Below are positions 10,608-21,072 of a DNA stretch of 64,000 nt, piece by piece. A program made the translations under genes and the position numbers. Every line of letters begins with the position of its first letter. The first letter of the stretch is position 1. This DNA comes from Bacteroidaceae bacterium (GTDB lineage Bacteria > Pseudomonadota > Alphaproteobacteria > RF32 > CAG-239): positions 5,574 to 69,573 of the forward strand of contig CAVIDY010000006.1 in NCBI GenBank assembly GCA_963641885.1, in the 5' to 3' direction. Below the pieces are notes generated by a model, which was given only the letters and a program-made list of their open reading frames with translations, was not told the origin of the DNA and searched no databases.

Positions 10608-10961
10608 TTACAACGGACATTTAATATCTAAAATATCATCCAAAGCGCGGTGGAGCAACGCGGCTTCTGCGGTTTCAGCCAGTTTATAATACATCTCTTT
10701 CCCCTCGCGGCGGCTTTCCAGCAAACAGGCTTGTTTCAGCAAACGCAAATGATGCGACACCGCTGGCGAGCTCATATTTACCGAAACCGCAATATTGTTC
10801 ACGCACATTTCATTATGGCACAACAACCACAAAATTTTTAATCTTGTAGCATCAGAAATCAGCTGAAAAGTCTCGGCTGTCCGCAAAAAAGCCTTGTCGT
10901 CCGGCGTATTCTGCAAGTTTTCATTGTTGTTATGATGATGTAAATGCTGTGTTTTTTCCAT
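10608..10961 (-). CDS. ArsR/SmtB-family metalloregulator with His-rich N-terminus
   Basis: 117 aa. MEKTQHLHHHNNNEN..., followed by a wHTH: DATRLKILWLLCHNEMCVNNIAVSVNMSSPAVSHHLRLLKQACLL. Confidence 0.8.
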   Translation of the reverse strand: MEKTQHLHHHNNNENLQNTPDDKAFLRTAETFQLISDATRLKILWLLCHNEMCVNNIAVSVNMSSPAVSHHLRLLKQACLLESRREGKEMYYKLAETAEAALLHRALDDILDIKCPL

Positions 10962-11017
10962 GATATTTCCTTCATTTCCTTGATATTAGCGAATCTAACC
11001 TATGCTGTCAATCGAAT

Positions 11018-11389
11018 TTAAGGAATATATCTATAAGACTGCGGAGCGGTAAAATTAGCCATAAATTTTTGAGGTTCTAACGGTACGGCATAGCGTACAG
11101 CCTGCCCAACTTCTAAGGCATACGCCTTATTCCGCCCCTGATAATAAGCGTCAAAAAATGATTTATTTATACCAGCAAATTTTTCTGTTTGCCGCCAAAT
11201 TTGCTCCAGTGATCCTACATGCACTTTTTTCAGCTTAAATTCCCCCACAATTTTACCGACTGGCTTAGTGGCGTACAAAACCACCATGTCAACAGGTTTA
11301 GAAAATCCCTGTTTTCTAAATTCGTAGCGTTTAGTCCCATTCAAAATTTTTTCGGCAAATTCAGGTTTTATAGATAACAGCACTCGCAT
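11018..11389 (-). CDS. ASCH (PUA-like) domain protein
   Basis: 123 aa. MRVLLSIKPEFAEKILNGTKRYEFRK... is a typical ASCH N-terminus. Confidence 0.65.
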   Translation of the reverse strand: MRVLLSIKPEFAEKILNGTKRYEFRKQGFSKPVDMVVLYATKPVGKIVGEFKLKKVHVGSLEQIWRQTEKFAGINKSFFDAYYQGRNKAYALEVGQAVRYAVPLEPQKFMANFTAPQSYRYIP

Positions 11390-11512
11390 ATTTTTTCCTT
11401 TTTTCTTAATTTAATCAACAATTTTTATCTAATGCAAGCAAAAAATTCTTGACCTAAAGCCCGCTCTAATCAATATACTATAAACAAAATTAACTCAATA
11501 AAAGGATTGCCC

Positions 11513-12787
11513 ATGTCTAAATTTCTGCGATATTTCCGAGCCGGCGTTGCTGTTGTTATCGGCGTGCTGTCTGTTTTGGCTTTTAGCGGCTTGTTTTACA
11601 AAGTAAAAATTTTTGACATTCAAATAACCTCGTTGTTTCAAAATATTGCCATAAATTTTTCATTTTTCGCTTTAGTTCTATTAGGCGGAATAATTTTGCT
11701 AACTTTATTGTTTGGACGCCTATATTGTTCCACCCTCTGCCCGCTTGGACTATATCAAGAATTTTTAATGCTGCTGTTCCGTCGCAAAAACAAAATGCCT
11801 CCCAACCGCCCTTATAAATACTTTTTAGCGGCGCTTGCTTTTGGCATATTATTCGGCGGTTCGGTTTATTTGGTTCGCCTCATCGACCCTTACACCTTGT
11901 TTGGTTCGGCAATCAGCGGAGCTTGGTTCGGACTTGGTTTTATAGCATGTTTGAGCGTGCTCGTTTGGTTCAAAAGCCGCATTTTTTGCACTAACATCTG
12001 CCCTGTCGGCGCTCTTTTAGGACTCCTTGCCAAATTTTCGCTTTGCAAAATGTACATAAAAAACGACAGCTGTGTTGCTTGCGGTTTATGCGCCTCCAAA
12101 TGTCCGACCGGAAGCATTGACTATAAAAATCACTCTATAAACAATGAAACTTGCATCAAATGTTTCAAATGCCTTGACGGCTGCAAACGCAACAGCATCT
12201 GCTACGGACTGCCGCCGTGCCCAAAGGTAGAATTTAACTTAAACAGACGGAAACTGCTAATCGGCGGAGCTGCTGCCACGCTGTTCGCCATAGCCGTTAA
12301 AGATGGTATGCAATTAGCTAAAATCACTGCGGCAAAAGTAAAAAAAACTATTCTGCCTGCTGGCGCACAAAGTCCCGAAAAATTTGCTAATCGTTGCTTA
12401 AACTGCAATTTATGTGTGCAAAACTGCCCAATGAAAATTATAAAAAAAGCAAACCCAAACTGCTCAACCATACACATTGAATATAATGGTAATTTTTGCG
12501 ATTATAATTGCAACAAGTGCTCGCAGGCTTGTCCTTCGGGCGCGCTAAAACGGCTGACTTTGGCAGAAAAACAAAAAACGCAGATTGCCATTGCCTCTAC
12601 CGATGAAGAAATTTGCATCAGTTGCGGTTTCTGCGTTGAAGTATGCCCTCGGCAGGCTATTAGTCTGAAAAGAGGCGAATTTCCACAATTTAATCCAAAC
12701 CAATGCATTGGCTGCGGCAAATGCAAATCCATTTGTCCAGTCAAAGCCATCAGTATAAAACCAGTTGCTGAACAGCGGATTTTATAA
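11513..12787 (+). CDS. Membrane-bound 4Fe-4S polyferredoxin (NapH/MauN-like)
   Basis: N-terminal TM helices are followed by several CxxCxxCxxxCP clusters (CVACGLCASKCP, CLNCNLCVQNCP, CISCGFCVEVCP, CIGCGKCKSICP). I prefer the ATG at 11513, which is preceded by aagga, over the TTG at 11507. Confidence 0.8.
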   Translation: MSKFLRYFRAGVAVVIGVLSVLAFSGLFYKVKIFDIQITSLFQNIAINFSFFALVLLGGIILLTLLFGRLYCSTLCPLGLYQEFLMLLFRRKNKMPPNRPYKYFLAALAFGILFGGSVYLVRLIDPYTLFGSAISGAWFGLGFIACLSVLVWFKSRIFCTNICPVGALLGLLAKFSLCKMYIKNDSCVACGLCASKCPTGSIDYKNHSINNETCIKCFKCLDGCKRNSICYGLPPCPKVEFNLNRRKLLIGGAAATLFAIAVKDGMQLAKITAAKVKKTILPAGAQSPEKFANRCLNCNLCVQNCPMKIIKKANPNCSTIHIEYNGNFCDYNCNKCSQACPSGALKRLTLAEKQKTQIAIASTDEEICISCGFCVEVCPRQAISLKRGEFPQFNPNQCIGCGKCKSICPVKAISIKPVAEQRIL

Positions 12788-12857
12788 CAATATACCAAAT
12801 AACCAAAAACACGGAGCAAGCTACCTTGCCCCGTGTTTTGCTATCATAAATTGCTAA

Positions 12858-15464
12858 TTACAGTTTGAAATCAATCACACCGTCATAAGCGTAACGATAC
12901 ATCTGCTCAATTTCCTTAAACAGCGGATAACGCGGATTAGAAACTGTGCATTGGTCGTCAAACGCCAATTCCGGCAGAGTTTTCATAGCTTCTTCCCAAT
13001 CTTCCTCTTTAATACCCCATTCACGGATAGAAGCCGGAATATTGAGTTTGCGTTTCATTTCTTCCAAGGCTTTAATCAAATTGTCAACAGCCTCGTCATC
13101 TGTTTTGCCTTTTAAGCCTATACCACGGGCAAATGCGGCATATGCGGCTTTAGTATTCGGAAAACGATATTGCGGGAATGTCGCTTGTTTTGCCGGACAA
13201 TCGTTGGAATTGAAACGAATGACTTGACAAATCAGCAAAGCATTGGCGAAACCATGTGGAATATGGAAAGCCGCGCCCAACTTATGCGCCATGGAGTGGC
13301 AAACACCCAAGAAAGCATTAGCAAACGCCATACCGGCAATCGTGGCGGCGTGATGCACTTTTTCACGAGCTTCCGCGTCTCCGGTTTCGTATGATTTAAT
13401 CAGATTTTCATAAATCAAACGTCCGGATTCGATTGATAAACCGCGGGTGTAATCAGTTGCCATGCTTGAAACATATGATTCCAAAGCGTGGGTCATTACG
13501 TCAATACCCGAAGCAGCGCACAAACCTTTCGGCATTGTCAAAACCAAATCCGTATCCACAATCGCCATAGTCGGTGTCAAAGCGTAGTCAGCAATAGCAT
13601 ATTTTACGCCAGTAGCGTCATCGGTGATAATAGAGAACGGCGTAACTTCCGAACCTGTACCAGATGTAGTCGGCACAGCCACCATTTCAGCTTTCTGCCC
13701 CATCGGAGGAAATTCGAAAATACGTTTGCGAATATCCATAAAGCGGCGTGCCAAATCTTCAAATTTAAGTTCCGGATGCTCATACATAATCCACAAAATT
13801 TTGGTCGCGTCAATCGGAGAACCGCCGCCCAGAGCAATAAACACATCAGGTTCAAAGCTGTTTACCATATCGCGGGCTTTGTTAATAGTCGACAAATCCG
13901 GATCCGGTTTTACATCGCTGAATATTTTATATTGAATACCCAGCGGCTCTAAAATATCGGTCAATTTTTTGGTGTAACCTAAATCGAACAAAGGCTTATC
14001 GGTCACGATAAAGGCTTTTTTACGACCTTTCAGCTCTTTCAACGCAAAAGACAAACACCCTGGTTTGAAATAAACTTTCGGTGGAACTCTGAACCACAGC
14101 ATATTTTCTTCACGTTTAGCCACATTTTTAATATTCATCAGATGTTTTACTCCCACGTTTTCACTAACTGCGTTGCCGCCCCAAGAGCCGCAGCCCAAAG
14201 TCAAAGACGGATCCAATCTAAAGTTATAAATATCGCCGATAGCGCCCTGCGCCGATGGACAGTTAATCATCACACGTCCGGTCGGCATAACATCGCCGTA
14301 ACGTTTGATACGATCGTCATTGCGCACGTTTGTATACAAAACCGAAGTGTGACCGCAGCCAGCAAATTCCACCAAAGCTTTAGCTTTTGCCATAGCGTCT
14401 TCAAAATCTTTGGCTTTATACATAGCCAAAACCGGAGAAAGTTTTTCGTATGAAAAAGGCTCTTCCGCGCCGATTTTAGAAACTTCGCCAATAATAACCT
14501 TAGTATTTTCAGGCACTTTCACACCAGCCATAGCCGCAATTTTTGCCGCTGGCTGACCAACGATGTCAGCGTTAATTCTGCCGTCTTTCAAAATTGTAGC
14601 CGCCACTTTTTCACGCTCTTTAGAGTTCAAAATATAAGCGCCGCGTTTTACAAATTCTTCTTTTACTTCATTATAAACTGCATCACAAACCACAACTGAC
14701 TGTTCAGATGCGCAAATCATACCATTATCAAAAGTTTTAGACATCAAAACCGAACTTACAGCCATTTGAATATCGGCAGATTCGTCAATTACTGCCGGAG
14801 TATTTCCAGGACCAACACCCAAAGCCGGAGTGCCGGAAGAGTATGCGGATTTAACCATACCTGGACCGCCGGTTGCCAAAATCAAATCAGCCTGCTGCAT
14901 CAAATATTGCGTACGTGGCAAAGTCGGCTCATCAATCCAAGCGATAATATCTTTCGGAGCTCCTGCTTTTACCGCTTCTTCCAAAATCATTTTTGCGGTT
15001 TCGATAGTGCATTTTTTAGCACGCGGGTGCGGAGAAAAGATGATACCATTACGAGTTTTGAGGGCTATCAAGGATTTAAAAATCACGGTAGAAGTCGGAT
15101 TGGTGGTCGGAATAACACCAGCAATCACGCCAATCGGCTCAGCAAACTTAATCAAGCCGTTTTCTTTATCTTCTTCAATAATACCGCAAGTCTTAGTGTT
15201 TTTATATTTGTTATAAATATATTCAGAAGCAAAGTGATTTTTTATAACCTTATCTTCTGCCACGCCCATTCCGGTTTCTTTCACAGCCATTTTAGCAAGC
15301 GGAATACGCATAGAGCTGGCTTTCAAAGCCACACGGCGGAAAATTTCATCCACCTGCTCCTGAGTAAAAGTAGCAAATTTCTTTTGGGCAGCGCTGACTT
15401 TTTTAATCAGTCCGCCGATATATTCTTGTTCTTTTTGTTCATCAACATTCAAAATTTTATCCAT
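12858..15464 (-). CDS. adhE: Bifunctional acetaldehyde-CoA / alcohol dehydrogenase
   Basis: 868 aa. An N-terminal aldehyde dehydrogenase domain is fused to a C-terminal Fe-ADH domain (GGGSPIDATK, ...HSMAHKLGAAFHIPHG). Confidence 0.9.
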   Translation of the reverse strand: MDKILNVDEQKEQEYIGGLIKKVSAAQKKFATFTQEQVDEIFRRVALKASSMRIPLAKMAVKETGMGVAEDKVIKNHFASEYIYNKYKNTKTCGIIEEDKENGLIKFAEPIGVIAGVIPTTNPTSTVIFKSLIALKTRNGIIFSPHPRAKKCTIETAKMILEEAVKAGAPKDIIAWIDEPTLPRTQYLMQQADLILATGGPGMVKSAYSSGTPALGVGPGNTPAVIDESADIQMAVSSVLMSKTFDNGMICASEQSVVVCDAVYNEVKEEFVKRGAYILNSKEREKVAATILKDGRINADIVGQPAAKIAAMAGVKVPENTKVIIGEVSKIGAEEPFSYEKLSPVLAMYKAKDFEDAMAKAKALVEFAGCGHTSVLYTNVRNDDRIKRYGDVMPTGRVMINCPSAQGAIGDIYNFRLDPSLTLGCGSWGGNAVSENVGVKHLMNIKNVAKREENMLWFRVPPKVYFKPGCLSFALKELKGRKKAFIVTDKPLFDLGYTKKLTDILEPLGIQYKIFSDVKPDPDLSTINKARDMVNSFEPDVFIALGGGSPIDATKILWIMYEHPELKFEDLARRFMDIRKRIFEFPPMGQKAEMVAVPTTSGTGSEVTPFSIITDDATGVKYAIADYALTPTMAIVDTDLVLTMPKGLCAASGIDVMTHALESYVSSMATDYTRGLSIESGRLIYENLIKSYETGDAEAREKVHHAATIAGMAFANAFLGVCHSMAHKLGAAFHIPHGFANALLICQVIRFNSNDCPAKQATFPQYRFPNTKAAYAAFARGIGLKGKTDDEAVDNLIKALEEMKRKLNIPASIREWGIKEEDWEEAMKTLPELAFDDQCTVSNPRYPLFKEIEQMYRYAYDGVIDFKL

Positions 15465-15634
15465 AATGTCCTCCTGTTAATTCGCATTCATTGTATTAGA
15501 TAAATCATAAAAAAGAAGTAAATTTTGAACTGATTATCTTCACTTTTTATTACCAAATATGTCGGTCACCTTGAAAGCACGCTTTTTGCCCATATATCGT
15601 ATGCGTAAAGTTTTTATAAAGAGGAGACAAAAAT

Positions 15635-16027
15635 ATGAAACATACATTTTTAAGCCTGTTGGCAGTTTGCGGACTTGCTTTATTAAGCAACAATGCTATG
15701 GCGGCAGATACTGCAAAAACCGAAACAAAACCAGTCAGCAAAATTTCTGACGTAAACAATTTGCCTGACGACGCTGAAGTAGTTATTCAAGGCGTTATTG
15801 TGCAAGATTTAGGCAATGACAATTACTTAGTCAAAGATGACAGCGGTACAGTCAATATTGAAATTGATGAAGATTTGGTGCAAGGCAACACCATTACTCC
15901 AGAAGCCGCCGTACTGATTACCGCCACCGTAGATAAAGAAGGCGATGTAACATCTTTAGACGCGGAAGAAGTGCAATTTGTTCCGGCAGAAGCTGTAAAT
16001 TCAAGCGCATCAGCAATGGCAAAATAA
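15635..16027 (+). CDS. Secreted bacterial OB-fold (YgiW/BOF-like) protein
   Basis: 130 aa with a signal peptide MKHTFLSLLAVCGLALLSNNAMA. VVIQGVIVQDLGNDNYLVKDDSGTVNIEID resembles YgiW. A good SD (aggaga) is present. Confidence 0.6.
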   Translation: MKHTFLSLLAVCGLALLSNNAMAADTAKTETKPVSKISDVNNLPDDAEVVIQGVIVQDLGNDNYLVKDDSGTVNIEIDEDLVQGNTITPEAAVLITATVDKEGDVTSLDAEEVQFVPAEAVNSSASAMAK

Positions 16028-16087
16028 ATTGTTTTTAAACAATTCAACAAAAAAATACCGATTTCTAAAAAACCGGTATTTTTTTAA

Positions 16088-17605
16088 TTATCTGTTTCTA
16101 TTATTCATTCGCTGTCTTGCTTTTTGCGGCTGCAGCATATCGGCTAAGCCGTTTACGGCAATATATGCCATTTGCGGACGATAAATAACTTCATAGTTCA
16201 CTTCATACAAATTTTTGCGTAAGACTTCTAAACCCAGCCACGGCTCTTTCAGGCTATGACCTTTCAAAACCAAGCGCGCTGACTCGTTAATCAACGGCTC
16301 AACCGCTTTTTCTGCATAGCTGCGACGAGCTTTAGCGCTAACCTCATCAGACGCATCTGCCACAAATTCTTCAACTGCCGCGCTGCCTAAATATCCTTTA
16401 ATTGAACGATACATTCCCGCCAAATCGCGTACGGAAATATGTTTTTGCGAACGCTCTTCCAACGGAGCAGCCGGTTCTCCGGCAAAATCTATAAAGCGCA
16501 GATCGTTGTCTTTGGTAACCATCACCTGCCCCAAGTGAAAATCACCATGAACCCGCACTAATTTGTCATTGCTGGCTGTGGCACCGGCTATTTGCTTTTT
16601 CACATACTCTCCAGTTAATTTATCCCAGTTTTGCAAAAGATGCGATGCTTTGTCTTTTGTCGGCTGCGGCAAATTATCTAAGTTATCGCGAATTACATTG
16701 CGTGTTTTTGTTAATAAAAATTCCAAATGCTTTTGATAAAGATGAACAGTTTTTTCATTAACCATCTCCGGTGCAAACGCCGGATTTTTATCTGTTCTAG
16801 ACAAACATTCAGACATTTCAGCCGTCTTATCGCCAAGAATTTTCATCAACTGCATAAAATGCGGATTTTCCTCCGGCGTTAAATCTTTTTGCAGCAAATA
16901 GCCTGCCGTCAGGCGTTTTTTCAAATATGACAAAGCGTAGTTCCACAAATCGCCCTGATTTTTAACATATTCTTGCACAATACCGGCAGACGATTTTGTG
17001 CCGCTTTTTGGGTCATTGAGTAAAAAGTAGCCATAGGTTTTTGGCATAACCGAACTTTTTTCACGCATCAGTTTTTCATTCATTTCAAATTCAGGATTTT
17101 CTTTTTTAGAAAATTGCAGCATACGCTCCAGCTTGAACGCAATTTCATCATCGCCCACAGACAATGTGGTATTGCTTTGCTGCACGCCCAGCGGACGGGA
17201 TTGGGCTTTGCCGTGCTCTTTCATAAAATTTTCATCTACCAAATTTTTATAAGTCAGCTGCCAACCGTTTGGAAAGGTTATCACATTGTTATTCTGACGT
17301 AAAAACTCATTCATCTTTTGCCAATAATCCGAACGCTGCAAAGCATCTACATATTTTTGTCCATCAATTTCAATTGTATCCGTTTCATTTATTTCGGCTT
17401 TTGCCAACGGCATCATAAAATAACGCACAGGCTCTTCTGACTGCACAGATAAATTTGCTTTGCCTATGGTCAGCATCTTGCTGCCCTTATCAAACGGCAA
17501 TGACATATAATTGATATTTTCGACATTGCCCAAGCGGATTTCTTCTTTAAAATTACACCAGCGTTGATGAAATAAATAATCCGCTGTATTTTTATCTATT
17601 GTCAT
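16088..17605 (-). CDS. Maltokinase-like kinase (Mak/Pep2 family, APH fold)
   Basis: VHGDFHLGQVMV...LRFIDFAGEPAAPLEERSQKHISVRDLAGMYRS matches the maltokinase catalytic and DFxGEP motifs. I prefer the ATG at 17605, preceded by aaggaga; the ORF track start is 17641. Confidence 0.7.
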   Translation of the reverse strand: MTIDKNTADYLFHQRWCNFKEEIRLGNVENINYMSLPFDKGSKMLTIGKANLSVQSEEPVRYFMMPLAKAEINETDTIEIDGQKYVDALQRSDYWQKMNEFLRQNNNVITFPNGWQLTYKNLVDENFMKEHGKAQSRPLGVQQSNTTLSVGDDEIAFKLERMLQFSKKENPEFEMNEKLMREKSSVMPKTYGYFLLNDPKSGTKSSAGIVQEYVKNQGDLWNYALSYLKKRLTAGYLLQKDLTPEENPHFMQLMKILGDKTAEMSECLSRTDKNPAFAPEMVNEKTVHLYQKHLEFLLTKTRNVIRDNLDNLPQPTKDKASHLLQNWDKLTGEYVKKQIAGATASNDKLVRVHGDFHLGQVMVTKDNDLRFIDFAGEPAAPLEERSQKHISVRDLAGMYRSIKGYLGSAAVEEFVADASDEVSAKARRSYAEKAVEPLINESARLVLKGHSLKEPWLGLEVLRKNLYEVNYEVIYRPQMAYIAVNGLADMLQPQKARQRMNNRNR

Positions 17606-17715
17606 ACAGTAATCTCCTTGCGTTTTTTGATTTTTTGTCAATATATCATAAAAAATAGGTATTGTAAAGTACGTTTTTTATTGCTAGGATAAGCAAAATC
17701 AAAAAGGAGAAGACT

Positions 17716-19860
17716 ATGCAAGATTTGCAAACTTTGGCAGAAAAAGCCGGAATATCATCATCTTATATAGATAAAACCGGACAAATTCATTATACAACAG
17801 ATGAAGTCAGAAAATTTTTTTTGAAAAATATGGGATATAAAGCCGACACCAAAGAAGAAATTAACCAATCTTTGCAAATTTTAGAAAAACAGCCGCCCGT
17901 TCCTGAAGTATTATCTTTTTATGAAAACGAGACACCGGAATTTTATTTAAACGGCACTGGAAACTATGCGCTCAAGTTAATTGATGAAAAAGGACAATGC
18001 GTATGGCAAACCCAAACTGAAAGCAGGCAAAAAATCCAAATACCCAGCCTTAAAATCGGCTATTACAAGTTATTGACCAAAAATGAAAATTTTGAGCAAG
18101 AAAGCCTTTTAATTTATGCCCCGCAAAAATGCTGGCAGCCGCAATTTTTACAAAATCACGAGCATATTTTTGGCACTGCGGTAATGCTTTATGCCCTGCA
18201 CTCAAAGAACAGCATGGGTATCGGTGATTTTTCGGACTTAGCAGAAATTGTGCGTCTGACTGCGCAAAACGGCGGCGATGTTGTGGGAATAAATCCTTTG
18301 GGAGTAATGAGCCCCTACACGCAAAATGAAGAACGTTTTGCTTCTGGCAAACAAAGCGATGTTTCCCCTTACCGCACTTTAAGCCGCTTATTTGTAAATT
18401 ATATCTATGTAGATTTGCGTGCAGAAGAAGACTTCAAAAATTCAGCGTTGGTTCAAGCCTTTGTTTCTCTGCCTGAAACCATTGCTGAAATTAAAAGTTT
18501 AAATGAAAGCCCTAAAGTTGAATATGCAGCAGTTCTATTGTTAAAAAAACAAATTTTGGAAATGATGTTTGCCTATTTTCAAAGCAGCGCCACGGCAGAG
18601 CGCCGTCAGCAATTTGACGCCTATATTCAAGAAAAAGGCGATGAGCTGGAAAACCTTGCCGTTTTTGAAACCCTGCTGGAAAAACTTGAACCAGTTGACT
18701 ATTGGCGCCATTGGCAGCAAATCTATTCCTCTCCGCAAGCTGTCGAAACCATAGATTTCAAAAAGCAAAATGCCGATAAAATAAAATTTTATCAATATTG
18801 CCATTGGCTGGCTGACCAACAAATTAAAAAGGTTCAGCAGCTGGCAAAATCATTAAATATGAAAATAGGTTTATATACCGATATGCCTATCGGCGCTGCC
18901 TCAAACGGGGCGGAAGTTTGGGAAAATCAAAGCGCCTATGTGCTTGATGCTGGTATCGGCGCTCCTGCTGACCCAATGCGCCCGCGTGGACAAAGCTGGG
19001 GCTTTACGCCGTATCATCCGCAACAGCTGCTTAAACAACATTACGCGCCATTTATTAAGCTGGTGCAGGAAAATATGCAATACTCAGGAGCTTTGCGCAT
19101 TGACCACGCCATGGGACTGCGCCGGCTGTTTTGGGGATTTTTCACTACTGACAATCCGGTAGTGCAAGGCGCCTATGTTTATTATAACATCAAAGATTTA
19201 GTCTCAGTTCTGACTTTGGAAAGCACCCGCCGCCGCTGCCTTGTTATCGGTGAAGATCTCGGCACCGTGCCGGAAGGTTTCCGCGAATATATGGCAGAGC
19301 ACGGCTTGCTGTCATACAAAGTTTTTTGCCGCCAAAAAGAAAAAGACGGCAGCTTTATCGCACCTGAAAAATATATGTATTTATCACTGGCACAGCCTTC
19401 CACTCACGACCAAGCCACCGCCTGTGGATTTTGGCAAAACGAAGATATTGAAGTATTTAACCACTGCGGTTTGTACGTCAATCAAACCCAATATAAAGAC
19501 AACTTGGAAGGACGTTTTAAAGACCGGAAGAATATGACAGCAGCATTTGCGCAGCAAAATATTCTAAACGAAACCGAAGCACAGGAAATGACTCAAACCA
19601 TTGACAGCGGCAAAACTGCACCGCACGGAATTGAACTGAAAATAAACGAATATTGCGCCCGCACCAACAGCGCTTTGTTTTTAGTCCGCCTTAATGACAT
19701 CTACCGTCAAAAAGTTTTGGATAATGCTCCGGGGACGGTGCAAGAATATCCGAATTGGCGCATAAAAATGAGTCTTTCGGTTGAAGAAATAGTTGACTCG
19801 CCGGAATTTAAAAATATGATGAATTTAATCAAAAAAAATCGTCCGCAGCAAGGAGAATAG
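17716..19860 (+). CDS. malQ: 4-alpha-glucanotransferase (amylomaltase)
   Basis: 714 aa. GINPLG...SPY, GALRIDHAMGL and IGEDLGTVPEGF are GH77 signatures. Confidence 0.85.
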   Translation: MQDLQTLAEKAGISSSYIDKTGQIHYTTDEVRKFFLKNMGYKADTKEEINQSLQILEKQPPVPEVLSFYENETPEFYLNGTGNYALKLIDEKGQCVWQTQTESRQKIQIPSLKIGYYKLLTKNENFEQESLLIYAPQKCWQPQFLQNHEHIFGTAVMLYALHSKNSMGIGDFSDLAEIVRLTAQNGGDVVGINPLGVMSPYTQNEERFASGKQSDVSPYRTLSRLFVNYIYVDLRAEEDFKNSALVQAFVSLPETIAEIKSLNESPKVEYAAVLLLKKQILEMMFAYFQSSATAERRQQFDAYIQEKGDELENLAVFETLLEKLEPVDYWRHWQQIYSSPQAVETIDFKKQNADKIKFYQYCHWLADQQIKKVQQLAKSLNMKIGLYTDMPIGAASNGAEVWENQSAYVLDAGIGAPADPMRPRGQSWGFTPYHPQQLLKQHYAPFIKLVQENMQYSGALRIDHAMGLRRLFWGFFTTDNPVVQGAYVYYNIKDLVSVLTLESTRRRCLVIGEDLGTVPEGFREYMAEHGLLSYKVFCRQKEKDGSFIAPEKYMYLSLAQPSTHDQATACGFWQNEDIEVFNHCGLYVNQTQYKDNLEGRFKDRKNMTAAFAQQNILNETEAQEMTQTIDSGKTAPHGIELKINEYCARTNSALFLVRLNDIYRQKVLDNAPGTVQEYPNWRIKMSLSVEEIVDSPEFKNMMNLIKKNRPQQGE

Positions 19861-19863
19861 AAA

Positions 19864-20208
19864 ATGGAAAAACCCGAAACCGAATTAGAAGTGTTTTCGC
19901 CTCTATCGTTTATGGAATATGTGCGGCTGATGACGGCGGCTCATTATATCAACCAAGGTGCGGGATCCGGCGCGGCGCGTTTTAAAATTTCGGCTGAAAA
20001 TTATGCGAAAATGAACGCTGAACCGCTAAAAACTCCGTTAATCGGCTTAACGCTCAATTATAACGATGCAGAGCAAATTTTGGAAGTCTGTGCCGACGAA
20101 GCGTTTTTACACCTTTATGAAAATAAAATTATGAATGAAGTGGCGCGCGTTTTTGCCGTTAATTATAAAAACCGCTATGCTTCCGTAATTATGGCTGAAA
20201 ATGTTTGA
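19864..20208 (+). CDS. Hypothetical protein
   Basis: 114-aa ORF. It is translationally coupled: it starts 4 nt after malQ and overlaps the next gene by 8 nt. No motif recognised. Confidence 0.5.
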   Translation: MEKPETELEVFSPLSFMEYVRLMTAAHYINQGAGSGAARFKISAENYAKMNAEPLKTPLIGLTLNYNDAEQILEVCADEAFLHLYENKIMNEVARVFAVNYKNRYASVIMAENV

Positions 20209-20551
20209 AGAAGTTTTTGCAAAACTGGAAAAATCCTCCTTCCGCAGCAAATTTAAACTGACAGATGCGGATAAGCAATATATTGCGGAAAAAGGCTGCG
20301 ACACTATCCGCCGCCATGCGGAAGATTTTGTAAAAAAGCGCTTATCTCCGCCGGCTTCACAGCTCAAAAATGACGGCAAGCAAACGCCTATGCGCGGACA
20401 CCCTGTGTTTGTAGCCCAGCACGCCTGCGCTTGTTGCTGCCGGCAGTGTCTTTATAAATGGCACCATATTTCCCCTGACCATTGGCTGACGGAGGCGGAA
20501 CAAAAATATATTGTCAGCCTGCTGATGAGTTGGATTGAAAAAAACATCTGA
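20201..20551 (+). CDS. DUF4186-like protein
   Basis: 116 aa. ...NDGKQTPMRGHPVFVAQHACACCCRQCLYKWH... resembles the conserved DUF4186 core. Confidence 0.55.
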   Translation: MFEEVFAKLEKSSFRSKFKLTDADKQYIAEKGCDTIRRHAEDFVKKRLSPPASQLKNDGKQTPMRGHPVFVAQHACACCCRQCLYKWHHISPDHWLTEAEQKYIVSLLMSWIEKNI

Positions 20552-20554
20552 ATT

Positions 20555-21055
20555 TTACCATTCACGCATATCCTGCAGCTTGCGGATAAAATGTACATCA
20601 TCAAAATCAAACTTTACAATTTTTCGACGGTCTGGAAATACCACACAAAAATTACCACTGCAATTTTCTATTAAAAATATATCAACGCAGCCTTCGCCAG
20701 AACATAACGTATTATACGAATTCATCAAAAAAGGTGTATGTTCATAAGACTTGTCTACACAAGCCAGCTTTAACCACTTGTCAATTATTTTTTTGCGGTG
20801 TGCGCTTATCGGGCAGTCAGCACCAAACCAAACAATTTTCCTTTGTCCATGAATTACAGAATAAAACTGATTTTCCGAAGTGGTGCTATCATAAACCGCC
20901 TGCGGTATATCAACTATTTTCAAAGTAAAAAAATAGCGAAAAACGGCAACACCGACCAATATCAATATCATATATTTAATAATTCTCGGTAAAATCGGTT
21001 TTTTGACATTATTTAATTCAACTTTTGTTTTTTTAATTTGATGTACTGACGGCAT
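20555..21055 (-). CDS. Hypothetical membrane-anchored protein
   Basis: 166 aa with one N-terminal TM (ILPRIIKYMILILVGVAVFRYFF). No motif recognised. Confidence 0.5.
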   Translation of the reverse strand: MPSVHQIKKTKVELNNVKKPILPRIIKYMILILVGVAVFRYFFTLKIVDIPQAVYDSTTSENQFYSVIHGQRKIVWFGADCPISAHRKKIIDKWLKLACVDKSYEHTPFLMNSYNTLCSGEGCVDIFLIENCSGNFCVVFPDRRKIVKFDFDDVHFIRKLQDMREW

Positions 21056-21072
21056 TGTTTTTTCCTAAAATT

